This document shows, one piece after another, positions 36,960 through 48,557 of a stretch of DNA of 64,000 nucleotides. Position 1 is the first letter of the stretch; the number at the start of each line of letters is the position of its first letter. Below the pieces are notes generated by a model, which searched no databases, had not been told where the DNA came from, and saw only the letters and a list, made by a program, of their open reading frames with translations. This stretch comes from Podarcis cretensis (Eukaryota). Where the stretch lies: positions 30,938,001 to 31,002,000 of the forward strand of contig OX638165.1 of assembly GCA_951804945.1 (NCBI GenBank). Direction: 5' to 3'. The position numbers were made by a program, and so were the translations under genes.

Positions 36960-37262
36960 AATTATGTATTTCGTAGATTTATATCCTGCTTTTTAACTAA
37001 TAGTAACAATAAAAATCTGACTGGGCTGCTCCAGCTACTCTGGGAGGCTTCCAACAAATATAAAAGCATCCAATATTAAAAACTTCCTGATACAGGGATG
37101 CCTTCAACAAGTTGTACAGTCATTTATCTCCTTGACATCTGACGGGAGGGTATTCCACAGGGACGTGACTCCTGCAAAGGCCCTCTGCCTGGTTCTCTGT
37201 AACTTTAATTCTTGCAGTGAGGGAACCACCAGGAGGCCCTCGGAGCTGGACCTCAGTGTGGC
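36960..37262 (-). mobile_element. L2 LINE 3' fragment
   Basis: ORF 37104..37352 (LRSSSEGLLVVPSL..KLQRTRQRAF...LWNTLP) is homologous to the 46101 ORF. Confidence 0.8.
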
Positions 37263-37709
37263 TAACAAGTCTAGGTGGGTGTTGGCCTTGAACTGGCCAA
37301 GACCCCCCACCAAAGAACACCAGCTGGCCTTGGAAGCCCCAATGTATTGCAAAGCTGAGGCTGCTCTCGTCTCACACTCCGTCCTGCTCTTAGTGCCTTT
37401 GCTCAGGGAGCAAGCAGTGCTAGGTTACCCAATGGGCAGACTAAGTAGATGCTTCGGGCACCAGCGAAGCAGGAACACACACACAAATTGAGAAGTTTTT
37501 GAAAGGATTTAGTATATATATATATTTTAAAAAGCACCAATGTGGATATCATGGTGAAAACCAGAACTTTTTTAGACTTCCTTATACTCCATTGCGCCAT
37601 CTTTTCCCATTTTCCCCTGTTCTTTTTTTATCATTATGTATCCCCACCGAAACCAAACCGAAAAGGAAACCAGGGGGCCATGCTCCTAATGCAGATTTAA
37701 AGACCGCGA

Positions 37710-37850
37710 TGAAATTGGTACAGCACAAGACTCTTAATCTCGGGGTCATGGGTTCGAGCCCCACCACACTGGGCAAAATATCCCTGCATTCCAGGGGTTG
37801 GACTAGATGACCCTCAGGGACCCTTCCAACTCTACAAACTATTCTATGAA
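37710..37850 (+). mobile_element. tRNA-Lys-derived SINE with CR1-like tail
   Basis: gactcttaatctc...gggttcgagcccc head, followed by ggttggactagatgacc...cccttccaactcta. Confidence 0.75.
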
Positions 37851-38388
37851 TAATAATAATAAATAATAAAATAATAAAATTTTATTTATATCCCGCCCTC
37901 CCCAGCCGAAGCCAGGCTCAGAGTGGCTAACAACAGTAAAAGTAACACAGTTTACATAAAATCACAATCAATTAATTAAAATACATTCTAAAATCAGTTC
38001 ATTCTAAAGTCAATTCTGAATCAAATTGATGGCAACCATTGGGCTAGAGTTCTGTGAGGATTGCCAAAGGAGGGGGTCAGGCTGTGCCTTGGGCAAAGGC
38101 CTGGTAGAACAGCTCTGTCTTGCTGGCCCTGTGGAAAGATGTCAAGTCCTGCAGGGCCCTAGTCTCTTGTGACAGAGCATTCCACCAGATCGGGGCCACG
38201 GCTGAAAAAGCCCTGGCTCTGGTTGAGGCCAGCCTAACTTCCCTGTGGCCTGGGATCTCAAAGATGTTTTTTTTTTTTTTTGAAGACTGTAAGGTCCTCT
38301 GTGGGGCATAACAGGAGAGGTGGTCCCGTAGGTACGAGGGTCCTAGGCTGTAAAGGGCTTTAAAGGTTAAAACCAGCACCTTGAAATC
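37850..38388 (-). mobile_element. L2 LINE 3' fragment
   Basis: ORF 38077..38430 (FKVLVLTFKALYSLGPSYLRDHL...RAFSAVAP.WWNAL); TAT-type tail at the left end. Confidence 0.9.
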
Positions 38389-39784
38389 AGATCCCACCAT
38401 GGGTTGCGTATAACACGAATGCATATGCATTTTGGCACACGCGTCAAATCTCGTGTCGTTTCAAAAAAGCAAAAAGTTGTCTTTCCGTTTCTCATTGGGT
38501 TCATTTTGAATTACAAATGGGGTATCATCATCTTTTCAGTGCTTGGGAACTCTTGATCTGTGTGCAACGCTGGCTTCCCTAGGAAAGGCAGCTGCTAAAC
38601 CCTTCAGCTCCCACCACCACCCACCCCTGCTATTCCTGACTCCTCCTGAGGCTGCCACAATCTCCTGCTCACACTCACAGTCGTCTAATGACTATGTGCC
38701 CAAAGGGGGGGCAGGCCATGGACTCCGAATGATCCTCCCATCAAGCTACACTCTCCCCTTTTAAAAAACGGAACTTAAGACTGGAAGAGAGGAGTGAAAG
38801 AGAAGCACGCCAGAGGAGCCAGACTCCCTGCGAACAGGCATCAATTATTTCCCCTCCGCATCTTCATGGCAAACCAAGACTGGAGGAGAAAAAGCAATTT
38901 TATACTCAATGGGCTCCTGGCATGGCTTCGTATCACAGGCAAGAAGCAACATCGGTCAACGAAACATCACACCTTCGCCTCAGGCTGTTTGTCTTCAACT
39001 GGTGGGCCCTAGTCTAATCTAAAGTGGATCACACCAGGGTAACTGCCATCAATTCACTCTCGTTCACTCGCTCAAGTTTTTCCCCTCTCTCATTCGCTCG
39101 CTTTTCATTTTTTAAGGGAAGGAGAAAGAGGCAGGAGGAACTTTGGTGAAAATGGGCTCTCCTCTGCAAACCTCCCCAAGCGTTCCAGGCATTTTAATAC
39201 TTTGTAGTGATTTACTGGGATGAACCCTTGAGCCAACACTATCATGAGGGAAAGGGGAGACAGGGAGGCCCACCCCTTCAGCTTCACTCAGCTGCCATTC
39301 GCCTCCTTCCATCCATAGATGGGCATCTACAGCGATGGAGGAACCATAAGTCCTAGATTCCCAACTTGCTTTCTTTTAAAAGTATGTTTCAAGTGGTGAG
39401 ACCGCTGTTGCACTCAGCTCCTGCTTTTGGGCTTCCCATACACACTGGGTTGGCCACTGTGAGAACAGGATGTTGACTAGGTGGGCCAATGGCCTGGTCC
39501 AGCAGCAAACACTTTGGATGTAGCGTTAGCAGCAGCAGCAAGGACAAAATGCACTACTCTAAACATGGTGGGAACGGCCATCCCATTCAGGACACAAATT
39601 GGCTGAAACCTAAATGGCCAGTTACATCTCAGATACAACAGATACTTCAGATCAGGAACGAGCAACCAGGGAACCTTTGGCCTTGCTGATGCAAGTTTAA
39701 TCTGGTGTCCAACCACATATGGGCAGCCACAGCTTCTCTGTCCCAGCTAGAGATCCTGTGGTCTGAATATGGGACAAAGCACGT

Positions 39785-40490
39785 GCTTTGCCCCGACCTA
39801 GCCACTGTGATCCACACGACGGTCACCTCCAGACTGGATTATTGTAACTCGCTCTACATGGGGCTGCCCTTGAGACTGACCCAGAAACTCCAGCGGTTGC
39901 AGAATGCCATGGCGAGACTCCTTACGGGGTCTTCGCTACAGGATCACATTCACCCGGTGCTATACCAGCTGCACTGGCTCCCGGTAGAGTATAGAATCAG
40001 GTTTAAGGTGCTGGTTTTAACCTTTAAAGCCCTTCACGGCCTAGGACCCTCGTACCTTCAGGACCGCCTCTCCCGGTATGCCCCACGGAGGACCTTAAAG
40101 TCCATAAATAGCAACACCCTAGAGGTCCCGGGCCCTAAGGAAGTTAGATTAGCCTCAACCAGAGCCAGGGCCTTTTCAACACTGGCTCCGGCCTGGTGGA
40201 ACGCTCTGTCTCATGAGACCAGGGCCCTGCAGGATCTGATTTCTTTCCGCAGGGCCTGTAAGACAGAGTTGTTCTGCCCAGCCTTTGGCTTGGAGTTGAT
40301 TTGATTCCCTCCCCCCCTTTCTTTTTCCTTTCTCCTCCTGTGATGAGGCTGCATTTTAATGTTTTAATGTTGTATTTTAATCTTGTTTTTAAGTTGTATT
40401 CATTCAACTTGTTTTTATTATTGCTTGTTAGCCGCCCTGAGCCTGGCCTTGGCTGGGGAGGGCAGGGTACAAATAAAATTTATTATTATT
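39785..40490 (+). mobile_element. L2 LINE 3' fragment
   Basis: ORF 39705..40304 with SRLDYCNSL...LHWLPV..RI.FKVL motifs; 3' UTR and TAT tail. Confidence 0.92.
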
Positions 40491-40527
40491 AGTAGTAGTA
40501 GTAGCAGCAGCAGCAGCAGCAGCAGTA
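40480..40527. repeat. Compound microsatellite (TAT)n(AGT)n(AGC)n
   Basis: Read directly from the sequence; sits at the L2 tail. Confidence 0.95.
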
Positions 40528-40596
40528 GGAGTAAAGCTTGCGATACGAGACAGGCAGTGTTCATATTTTGTGCGCTTGAGAGAAAATAACCTTCTG

Positions 40597-41365
40597 AGTC
40601 AGGGACTGTGCTGAGGAGAGCGGCAATGAGGAGGAACGATGGGAGCCTCCCCCTGCTCCTGATCAGGATCCTAAATCTTCCCAGGAGCAGAGGAACAGTA
40701 TAGATTTGGAACAGTGGTTTGCAGGGGGACATAGTTCAGAAGACCGAAGAACTGGGTGGTGAACAGCTAGGACATGGGTAGGCAACCTAAGGCCTGTGGA
40801 CCGGATGTGGCCCAATCGCCTTTTCAATCCGGTCTGCAGACGGTCCGGGAATCAGCGTGTTTTTACATGAGTAGAATGTGTCCTTTTATTTAAAATGCAT
40901 CTCTGGGTTATTTGTGGGGCATAGGAATTCATTCTCCCCCCCCCCCCAAAAAAAATACAGTCCGGCCCCTCACAAGGTCTGAGGGATGGTGGACCAGCCC
41001 ATGGCTAAAAAGGGCTGCTGACCCCTGAGCTAGGAGAAGAACTGAAAGAGAGAGTTAGCAGATTCACTTTTGCTGGAAAGCGTCCATCCGCTCAGCCCAA
41101 GGTCAAGGAGAGCAGATAAGGAGGCAGCTCAGAAAAAGCACAGTGCTTTTGGGATCAGGTTGCAAGACGCAGAAGTGACGGGGGTGACTAGGGGGGAAGT
41201 GGGTGGCACCCTTAATTGAGATCACCTTCATCCTATGAATGGATTCTTTGTTCTCTCGCTGTGCCCGTTAAACTTTCTAACTGGTAAGAGACTCCTATCG
41301 CTTTGTTCTGCTTATCTACTGCCGGGGGTGTGGGGGTGTGGGAGCCGAGTCCCTGAAGCCTGACA
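40597..41365 (+). mobile_element. Solo-LTR-like element carrying a nested hAT MITE
   Basis: Short inverted termini aGTCAGG...CCTGACA and a purine-rich body; no convincing TSD found. Confidence 0.4.
40773..41027 (+). mobile_element. hAT-type MITE
   Basis: CATGGGTAGGCAA...GCTGACCCCTG with a perfect 8-bp TSD AGCTAGGA (40765, 41028). Confidence 0.92.
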
Positions 41366-41410
41366 GCTACTCACTTTCACTGCTTTACTCAAACACTACT
41401 GATATAAATC

Positions 41411-41444
<34 letters not shown>
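41411..41444. repeat. (AAT)n microsatellite
   Basis: Read directly from the sequence. Confidence 0.95.
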
Positions 41445-41563
41445 TACTCTTGTCCCCACTCGCCGCCTCCTGAAAACACTCCCATCTCCAACACCTTCAG
41501 CTTTTGAAGGTTGCACATGACACCCTCCCTGATATCCTGGAGAGTGTGCTGCCAGTATACAAT

Positions 41564-41881
41564 AAGGTAAAGGTAAAGGGACCCCTGACCATTAGGTCCA
41601 GTCTTGACCGACTTTGGGGTTGCGGCGCTCATCTCGCTTTATTGGCCGAGGGAGCCGGCGTACAGCTTCCGGGTCATGTGGCCAGCATGACTAAGCCGCT
41701 TCTGGAGAACCAGAGCAGCGTATTTATCTACTTGCACTTTGAGGTGCGTTCAAACTGCTAGGTTGGCAGGAGCAGGGACCGAGCAACGGGAGCTCACCCC
41801 ATTGCGGGGATCCGAACCGCCGACCTTCTGATTGGCAAGTCCTAGGCTCTGTGGTTTAACCCACAGAGCCACCCGCGTCCC
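41564..41881 (-). mobile_element. Sauria SINE with an internal deletion
   Basis: Near-identical to the 27440 copy but lacks the cacggaaa...ggtacc segment. Confidence 0.92.
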
Positions 41882-41983
41882 TGAGTTGACAATACTGGGG
41901 GCTAAAAGGCAAACAGTCTGATCTTGCCTACGTAACAAAGATGCGGAGCAGTTTCACTTCTCAAGTTCAGTCGCACAACTCAC

Positions 41984-42123
41984 GCTGCAGCTATGTTGAT
42001 GTACTTCCCGACACCCTCCCGGTACGTCTTCGGAATGTGCTGCTCCTTCTTTGGGACGACGACTTTGGTCTTCTCCTTGGCTGCCTCCTCCTCTTGCTGG
42101 GCCTTCTCTCTCTCTTTGGCAAC
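41984..42123 (-). CDS. PPIL2: PPIL2 penultimate exon: VAKEREKAQQEEEAAKEKTKVVVPKKEQHIPKTYREGVGKYINIAA
   Basis: Acceptor tcttttcttcaaag, donor GC|gtgagt; 140 nt; GVGKYIN motif. Confidence 0.93.
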
Positions 42124-42723
42124 CTTTGAAGAAAAGACACAAGAGCAGGTAAGGTCGCAAAAGGCATGATATCAAACAGACCAGAGGGTCATCTATCTAG
42201 ATATCGAGAGCCAGTGTGGCGAAGCAGTGAGCGTGCTGGACTAGGACCTGGGACAGCAGGGTTCAAATCCTTCCACTCGGCTATGAAGTTGAGTGGCCTT
42301 TGGCCAGTCACTGCCTCTCATCTTGACCCCCTTCACAGGGTTTGCTGTGGGGGAATTAAATGAGGAGTGGGAGAACCACGCCTTCAGCTCCTCGCAGAAG
42401 AAGGTGGGATATAAATGCAGAAAATCAACAACTAAAATAGTCAAAAGATGGGATCGCCTGCACTTTTTATGAGGATAAAATGGAACAAAGGGGGCAGAAC
42501 TATGTACGCCACCTTGAGCTCATGGGGGGGGGGAGGCAGGTCAGAGAGAAAGGTAATCAGAAAGAAGCAAGTAAACTGTAAAACAATCTTGCCTAAAGGG
42601 CATGTCACGCCCAAGTGTTGTAAATAAATAAAATCCGATTAAGTCAGGTTTTCTTCAAATTCAAAAGCGCAGACACAACCAAACACACGCACACAGAACT
42701 AAGGGCTGCCTAGGGAGGTATTA

Positions 42724-43320
42724 CCGTATTTTTTGCTCCATAACACTCACCTTTTTCCTCCTAGAAAGTAAGGGGAAATGTCTGTGCGTGTTATGGAGCG
42801 AATGCCTACGGATGGCGGGGGGATCTGCTGCAGTCGTGAGCAGAGGATCCATGGTTCCCCTTCCTTCCCTCCTCCGTGGCTCGCTTTGCTCGCTTTGAAA
42901 CAGCAAAGCGGGAGAAGAGCCACTGAGTGGGGAGAAGAGAGGGACAGAGAGCCTGGTTACAAAGCACGGATCCACATGGATCCTCAGGATTTTTGCACTG
43001 GGTCACCCCAAATTCACCATCAGATCACATAGCATGTCCATGGCTACAGCTTGCACAAAAAAAAAACACCACGCACCCACTGTTTCCTAGGGCCACAGTG
43101 GTGCAAAAACGTGGTTAGAAAGTATGGATCCACATGGATGCGCAGGATTTTTGCATTGGGCTACCCCAAACTCACCGTCAGATCACATGTCTGTGGCTCC
43201 AGCATGAACCACAAAAATCATACATCCACTGTTTCGTTTAGATTTTTTTTTCTTGTTTTCCTCCTCTAAAAACTATGTGCGTGTTATGGTCGGATGCGTG
43301 TTATAGAGCGAAAAATACGG
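42724..43320. mobile_element. Tc2/pogo-like MITE (CCGTATTT termini)
   Basis: TA|CCGTATTTTTTGCTC...GAGCGAAAAATACGG|TA; internal ~170-bp-period direct duplication. Confidence 0.88.
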
Positions 43321-43387
43321 TAAATTAATTTCCTGCTTGAGTAGCTCTCTGTGCTAGCCTGCTTATGTCCCAAGTTTCCATCATCAC

Positions 43388-43450
43388 CTGAGCATCTGCT
43401 TCTTCGTATGGATCAACGAAAACAGTCGTCGACATGATTTTTATTTCTTC
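43388..43450 (-). CDS. PPIL2: PPIL2 exon: EEIKIMSTTVFVDPYEEADAQ
   Basis: Acceptor ttgtccccag, donor CAG|gtgatg; 63 nt; TTVFVDPYEEADAQ is characteristic of PPIL2. Confidence 0.95.
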
Positions 43451-43618
43451 CTGGGGACAAAAGGAGACGAGAGGGTGGGTTAAGTATATGGCGCACTCCA
43501 CGGATCAGTGCCACCGCTCCTGAACTTTGGGCTTAAAGTGTGCTCAAGCGCAGGAGTGCCGGAGGACAATGAAGTCGCAAAGTTCAGGCGAGTAACCTGT
43601 TGCTGCAGGTGACGCTAC

Positions 43619-43691
43619 CTTGGGGCGGTCTGTCTTGGGATCACTCTCCACGTTCTCCATTGCTGTCAGTGTCTCAAAGCCACCGACCACT
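43619..43691 (-). CDS. PPIL2: PPIL2 exon: VVGGFETLTAMENVESDPKTDRPK
   Basis: Acceptor gttcttttacag, donor AAG|gtagcg; 73 nt; phases match both neighbouring exons. Confidence 0.95.
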
Positions 43692-43812
43692 CTGTAAAAG
43701 AACAAGAGACAATCTGAGTGGAGGGATAAAACAAAGTGGGGAGAAAGAGGGGGGAGGAACGCATCGTTCCAAAAGCATTTGCAACATTTCGGTCACTTTC
43801 ATAAAGCTATCA

Positions 43813-44098
43813 TTTAATTTAAAAAATTTTCAGCTATGATCCTTTTCTTTTACTTCTTTATTTTTCTTTGTTCTTTTTTTCTTTTTTCTGAAATCTTATC
43901 TTTCATTTCACTCCTTTATTGTGAATAGCATTTTACAGAGGTATAAATAACTGTAAATATGAAAAGAGGCAAAGTATTCTCTAATTTTTTTCCTTGATTA
44001 TATGTATTTTTCTTTTTCTTTGTATTTCCTTTTGTTGTAAATATGTATGTTTTCTAATTTGTACTTAATAAAAATAATTTAAATTTTTTTTTTAAAAA
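43813..44098 (+). mobile_element. AT-rich retroposed insertion (probable L1 3' UTR)
   Basis: Ends with AATAAA and an A-tail; 10-bp TSD AAAGCTATCA at 43803 and 44099. Confidence 0.65.
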
Positions 44099-45508
44099 AA
44101 AGCTATCACCTTAACGCGGACATTGTGATTTTTTGTTGTAGGCCGACACAACTACTTTCGCTTTTCCATTATTTTAGATTTTCATTATGTTGCATGTATT
44201 TTAGTCGCTATCTGGAAGCGGATTTGAACACTGGAAAAGCGACACAAAGCCTCTCTAAATAAAATTTGTAAAAAATACCCCCAGGGAGCAGCAACTACCG
44301 CAAACTTTGGCCATCCAGCAGATGGAAATAATCCTGCTCAAGTTTCTGTTTGAATGATACATGGTTCAGTCCTCTGCTAGTCAGGATGAAAACACAAAGT
44401 TCAGTGGATAGGGTCCTAATCTCTTCTTGACCAGGAAAGGGAGAAGACTTAGGGGTGTTTCCACCAAGCTGTTTCACAAATGGTTTCTATGTGCTTTAGA
44501 AAGTTCACAGCAGCAGCTCCTTTTTATGACGACGCTTCAAGCTGACAGCAACAGAAGAAGCCTTTACACGACGCTGAAGACACAAAGCTCATCCAACAGA
44601 TGTGCTCTACATTTTTAATTGCCCCCAATTTAAGTCCTGAAGCCTTCTCTCACAAATAAACTCAAGCTTTCTTATTGGGGATCTTTATTTTAACTGGGCT
44701 TTAATAATCCAAAAAATCCAGAATATCACATGCTGGCCGCCTCCAAAAAAGGGGGAGGGGGGAAACCCTTTTTAGGACCCAAATCAAGCAACCCCTCCCT
44801 CAAACCCCACTCTTCAGAAACACATGGTTGAGTGTGGACTAGAGGCCTGGTCTCCCAGGACCTGGTATGACACTCAAACCACTCCACCACATGGTATTCA
44901 TATTCAATGGTATCAATAATATTATTAATAACAATGATTCATATTATTACTAATTACCAATTCTGAATGCTGTTATTTGTACAGCTGCCAAAAGGAAATG
45001 CACCACTAAGGCCAGGCCTTGTCAAGGCCCCAAAGTCTCTACGCTTATCCCTACATTCAGGGAGAGACCTTCGTCTGCTCTGCTGACATCTGTGCCTGAG
45101 ACATTTTTCCTTCCACTTGTGTGTTTTTCTCTCTTGCTCCTAAATTATATCAATTAAGCAGCTTGCCATATTGTGCTGGCTGGGGCCCAAGGCAAAACAC
45201 AGTTTCCTGCTCAGGAGACAATGCAAAATAAAATAAATAAAGTCTCTGGAATGCTTTAGGGAGAGAAATGAAAACACAGAGCAGAAGGAAGGGGGGAAGG
45301 GGACTTGCCTGAGCAAGAAAAATCTACATGTCCGCTTGGCAAATCTGTGTTTACCGGGGGGGAAAGTATTTTAAGATGTTGATCGGAAGTATGGCACCCT
45401 TTATAGCTGGAGGAGCCAAATTCTGAAGGTTGATATTAGGGCTGCCTAGAACTCAAAAGATTCGTTTGCAGATTTCCAGTGCGTGCAGCAAAATACATAA
45501 TGCACTGC

Positions 45509-45932
45509 GACTATATGGAATTAGCCGAGATGACTGGCAGAATCCGAGACCTGGGAGAAGAGAAGGTTGAAGAAGACTGGAAGAAATTTAAGATTTATTT
45601 TAAAAAGCATTGTAATTTGGTTGAATGTTAAGAAGGATGCTAGATCATAAATAATTGACCACCACTAAATTAGATGGAATTAGGATGATAAGTAGATCGA
45701 GGAAAATATAAACCATTTGGAGAACGATTAGACTATGTTTAAAAGAATGGGACCTAGGAATATAAATAAGTTGATAATTTGCTGGTTAAAATTTAAGAAG
45801 ATGTAAGTGGGAGCGGGAGATGTGAGGGAGTCCAAAGAGGTTTTGAAAATATGTCATGATATATGCTATATTGTTGATTATTTTTGCATTTGTATTCAAA
45901 AATTTTTAATAAACATTTATAAAAAATAAAAT
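45509..45932 (+). mobile_element. Short 5'-truncated L1
   Basis: First ~120 nt homologous to the end of the 24622 ORF (DYMELAEMTGRIRDLGEE.VEEDW.KFK); 19-bp TSD AAAATACATAATGCACTGC at 45490 and 45933. Confidence 0.92.
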
Positions 45933-46021
45933 AAAATACATAATGCACTGCATTCGTTATGCAATGACCCATCAGCCTCAACCAGCATGGCTAGTGGCCC
46001 AGGATGATGGGAGTTGTACCT

Positions 46022-46557
46022 TTGAAGGTGACCCGGAAACTACAACTAATCCAGAATGCGGCAGCCAGACTGGTGACTGGGAGACCATATAACACCGGTC
46101 TTGAAAGACCTACATTGGCTCCCAGTACGTTTCCGAGCACAATTCAAAGTGTTGGTGCTGATCTTTAAAGCCCAAAACGGCCTCGGTCCAGTATATCTGA
46201 AGGAGCGTCTCCACCCCCATCATTCTACCCGACCACTGAGGTCCAGCACCGAGGGCCTTCTGGCAGTTCCCTCACTGCGAGAAGCCAAGTTACAGGGAAC
46301 CAGGCAGAGGGCCTTCTTGGTAGTGGCGCCCTCCCTGTGGAACGCCCTCCCACCAGATGTCAAAGAGAACAACAACTACCAGACTTTTAGAAGACATCTG
46401 AAGGCAGCCCTGTTTAGGGAAGCTTTTAATGTTTGATGTATTACAGTATTTTAATATTTTTTTGGAAGCCGCCCAGTGGCTGGGGAAGCCCAGCCTGATG
46501 GGCAGGGTATAAATAATAAATAATCAATCAATCAATCAATCATCATCATCATCATCA
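46022..46557 (+). mobile_element. L2 LINE 3' fragment
   Basis: ORF 46101..46436 (LHWLPVRFRAQFKVLVL...RAF...LWNALP); microsatellite tail. Confidence 0.9.
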
Positions 46558-47035
46558 GGTCTGCAGGGCCACCATTGACCCATCCCTGGTTTACATGCCC
46601 ATGAAGATCACTGGGCGAACTTGGACCAGGCATGGTCTCTCAACCTGACCTACCTCACAGGTTGTTGTGGGGCTCAAAGGAGGAGGGGAACCACGTAGGG
46701 CACTTTAAGCTCCTTGGATGAACAGGCAGCATATAAATGCAACAAAGCATTGTGGGAACTATGGAAGCTGCCCCATACTGCATTAAAACACACTGGTCCA
46801 TCTATTTCAGTACAGTCTTCCCCAGGGGTTGCCAACCTGGTGCCCATGGGCACCATGACACATGTAAAGCCTCTCACTTGTGGCCCTAGGCAGGAATGGC
46901 ACACTCCAAGCTTTCATAAAAAAACAACAACAAGAAGTCTCTAGTCCTTCTAGGAAGTAAGTTATGGGGCAAAAAGTGCAGGTACCTCATAAGTGATTTT
47001 TGTGATTTGAAAGTGAGTGTGATGTGGCCACGTTA

Positions 47036-47391
47036 CAGTGGTGCCCCGCAAGACGAACGCCTCGCAAGACGGAAAACCCGCTAGACGAAAGGGTTGTCCG
47101 TTTTGGAGGCGCTTCGCAAAACGAATTTCCCTAAGGGCTTGCTTTGCAAGACGAAAATGTCTTGTGAGTTCCTGCGGGTTTTTTTCCCTTCCCCCCCTTT
47201 TTCTAAGCCGCTAAGCCGCTTATCAGCTGATCAGCTAAGCCGATAAGCCGCTAAAAGCCGCTAAAAGCCGCTAAAAGCCGCTAATAGCGCTAATCCGCTA
47301 AGCCGTCAATGGGCTTGCTTCGCAAGACGAAAAAACCGCTAGACGAAGAGACTCGCGGAACGGATTAATTTCGTCTTGCGAGGCACCACTA
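47036..47391. mobile_element. Tigger/pogo-like MITE with an internal AAGCCGCT repeat array
   Basis: TIR CAGTGGTGCCCCGCAAGACGAA / TTCGTCTTGCGAGGCACCACT(a), TA flanks. Confidence 0.9.
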
Positions 47392-47953
47392 TATATATTT
47401 TTCCTGGTAGTGAGGTATGTTCCCTCTTGTTGTTAGATAGCAGGACCATTGGGGGGGGGGTGTAAAATAAATATTGTGTGATCTCTACAATGTGGACCAG
47501 CAGGACATAGCTGACTTCCCATGTTTTCCAGTCTCTAAATCGACCACTGACACACACCCCTTCTCTTCTCCCACATACATTTTGGGCTGGCTTCCAGCTT
47601 AAGAGAAACCCAACTGGTGACATGCAAAGCCAATCTAATTCTTAAAAATAAAAAGCTGAAATACTGTTCCAAGGGGAGGAAGCGGCTTTATGGTTGACAC
47701 AAGAGGCAACCTGCACGGCTGGCTGGGGGCAAAGGGGGCTTCATGATTATCACAAGGGCCAGTGATAATCAGCACTTTGCACAGCCAGCTCCTGCTGGTA
47801 AAGCAAAGAACTGCTTGCCCCGAGCTTCATTCTCTGTGGAAGGTTGTAATTCTGACCCACAAGGAGGTGAGTATGGACCTACAGGAGGGTCATTACAAGA
47901 GCAGCTCATGATGTAAGAGCATGCCTTAATCAAGATTTACTCTTGTACAGTGG

Positions 47954-48310
47954 CAAAGGTAAAGGTAAAGGGACCCCTGACCATTAGGTTCAGTCGTGGC
48001 TGACTCTGGGGTTGCGGCGCTCATCTCACTTTATTGGCCGAGGGAGCAGGCATACAGCTTCCGGGTCATGTGGCCAGCATGACTAAGCCGCTTCTGGCGA
48101 ACCAGAACAGAGCACGGAAACACCGTTTACAATTCCACCGGAGCGGTACCTATTCATCTACTTGCACTTGGCGTGCTTTTGAACTGCTAGGTGGGCAGGA
48201 GCAGGGACCAAGCAACGGGAGCTCACCCCGTTGCGGGGATTCGAACCGCCAACCTTCTGATCGGCAAGTCCTAGGCTCTGTGGTTTAAACCACAGCGCCA
48301 CCCGCGTCCC
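47954..48310 (-). mobile_element. Sauria SINE
   Basis: Full-length minus-strand copy; 11-bp TSD TTGTACAGTGG at 47943 and 48311. Confidence 0.93.
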
Positions 48311-48315
48311 TTGTA

Positions 48316-48557
48316 CAGTGGTACCTCAGGTTAAAAACTTAATTTGTTCCGGAGGTCTGTTCCTAACCCGAAACTGTTCTTAACCTGAGACACCACTTTA
48401 GCTAATGGGGCCTCCCGCTGCCGCCGCACCACCGCCATGCAATTTCTGTTCTCATCCTGAAGCAAAGTTCTTAACCCGAGGTACTACTTCCAGGTTAGCG
48501 GAGTCTGTGACCTGAAGCATTTGTAACCTGAAGCATCTGTAACCTGAGGTACCACTG
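48316..48557. mobile_element. Tigger/pogo-like MITE (8515 family, opposite orientation)
   Basis: TA|CAGTGGTACCTCAGGTTA...TAACCTGAGGTACCACTG|TA. Confidence 0.92.

Noticed and set aside
37710-37775. tRNA-Lys gene (also 63640-63710 and tRNA-like heads at 23930 and 29553)
   Set aside because: Acceptor stems are degraded and each continues into a SINE body or tail; these are tRNA-derived SINEs.
47200-47310. CRISPR-like repeat array
   Set aside because: No unique spacers, eukaryotic context, and it is internal to a MITE.
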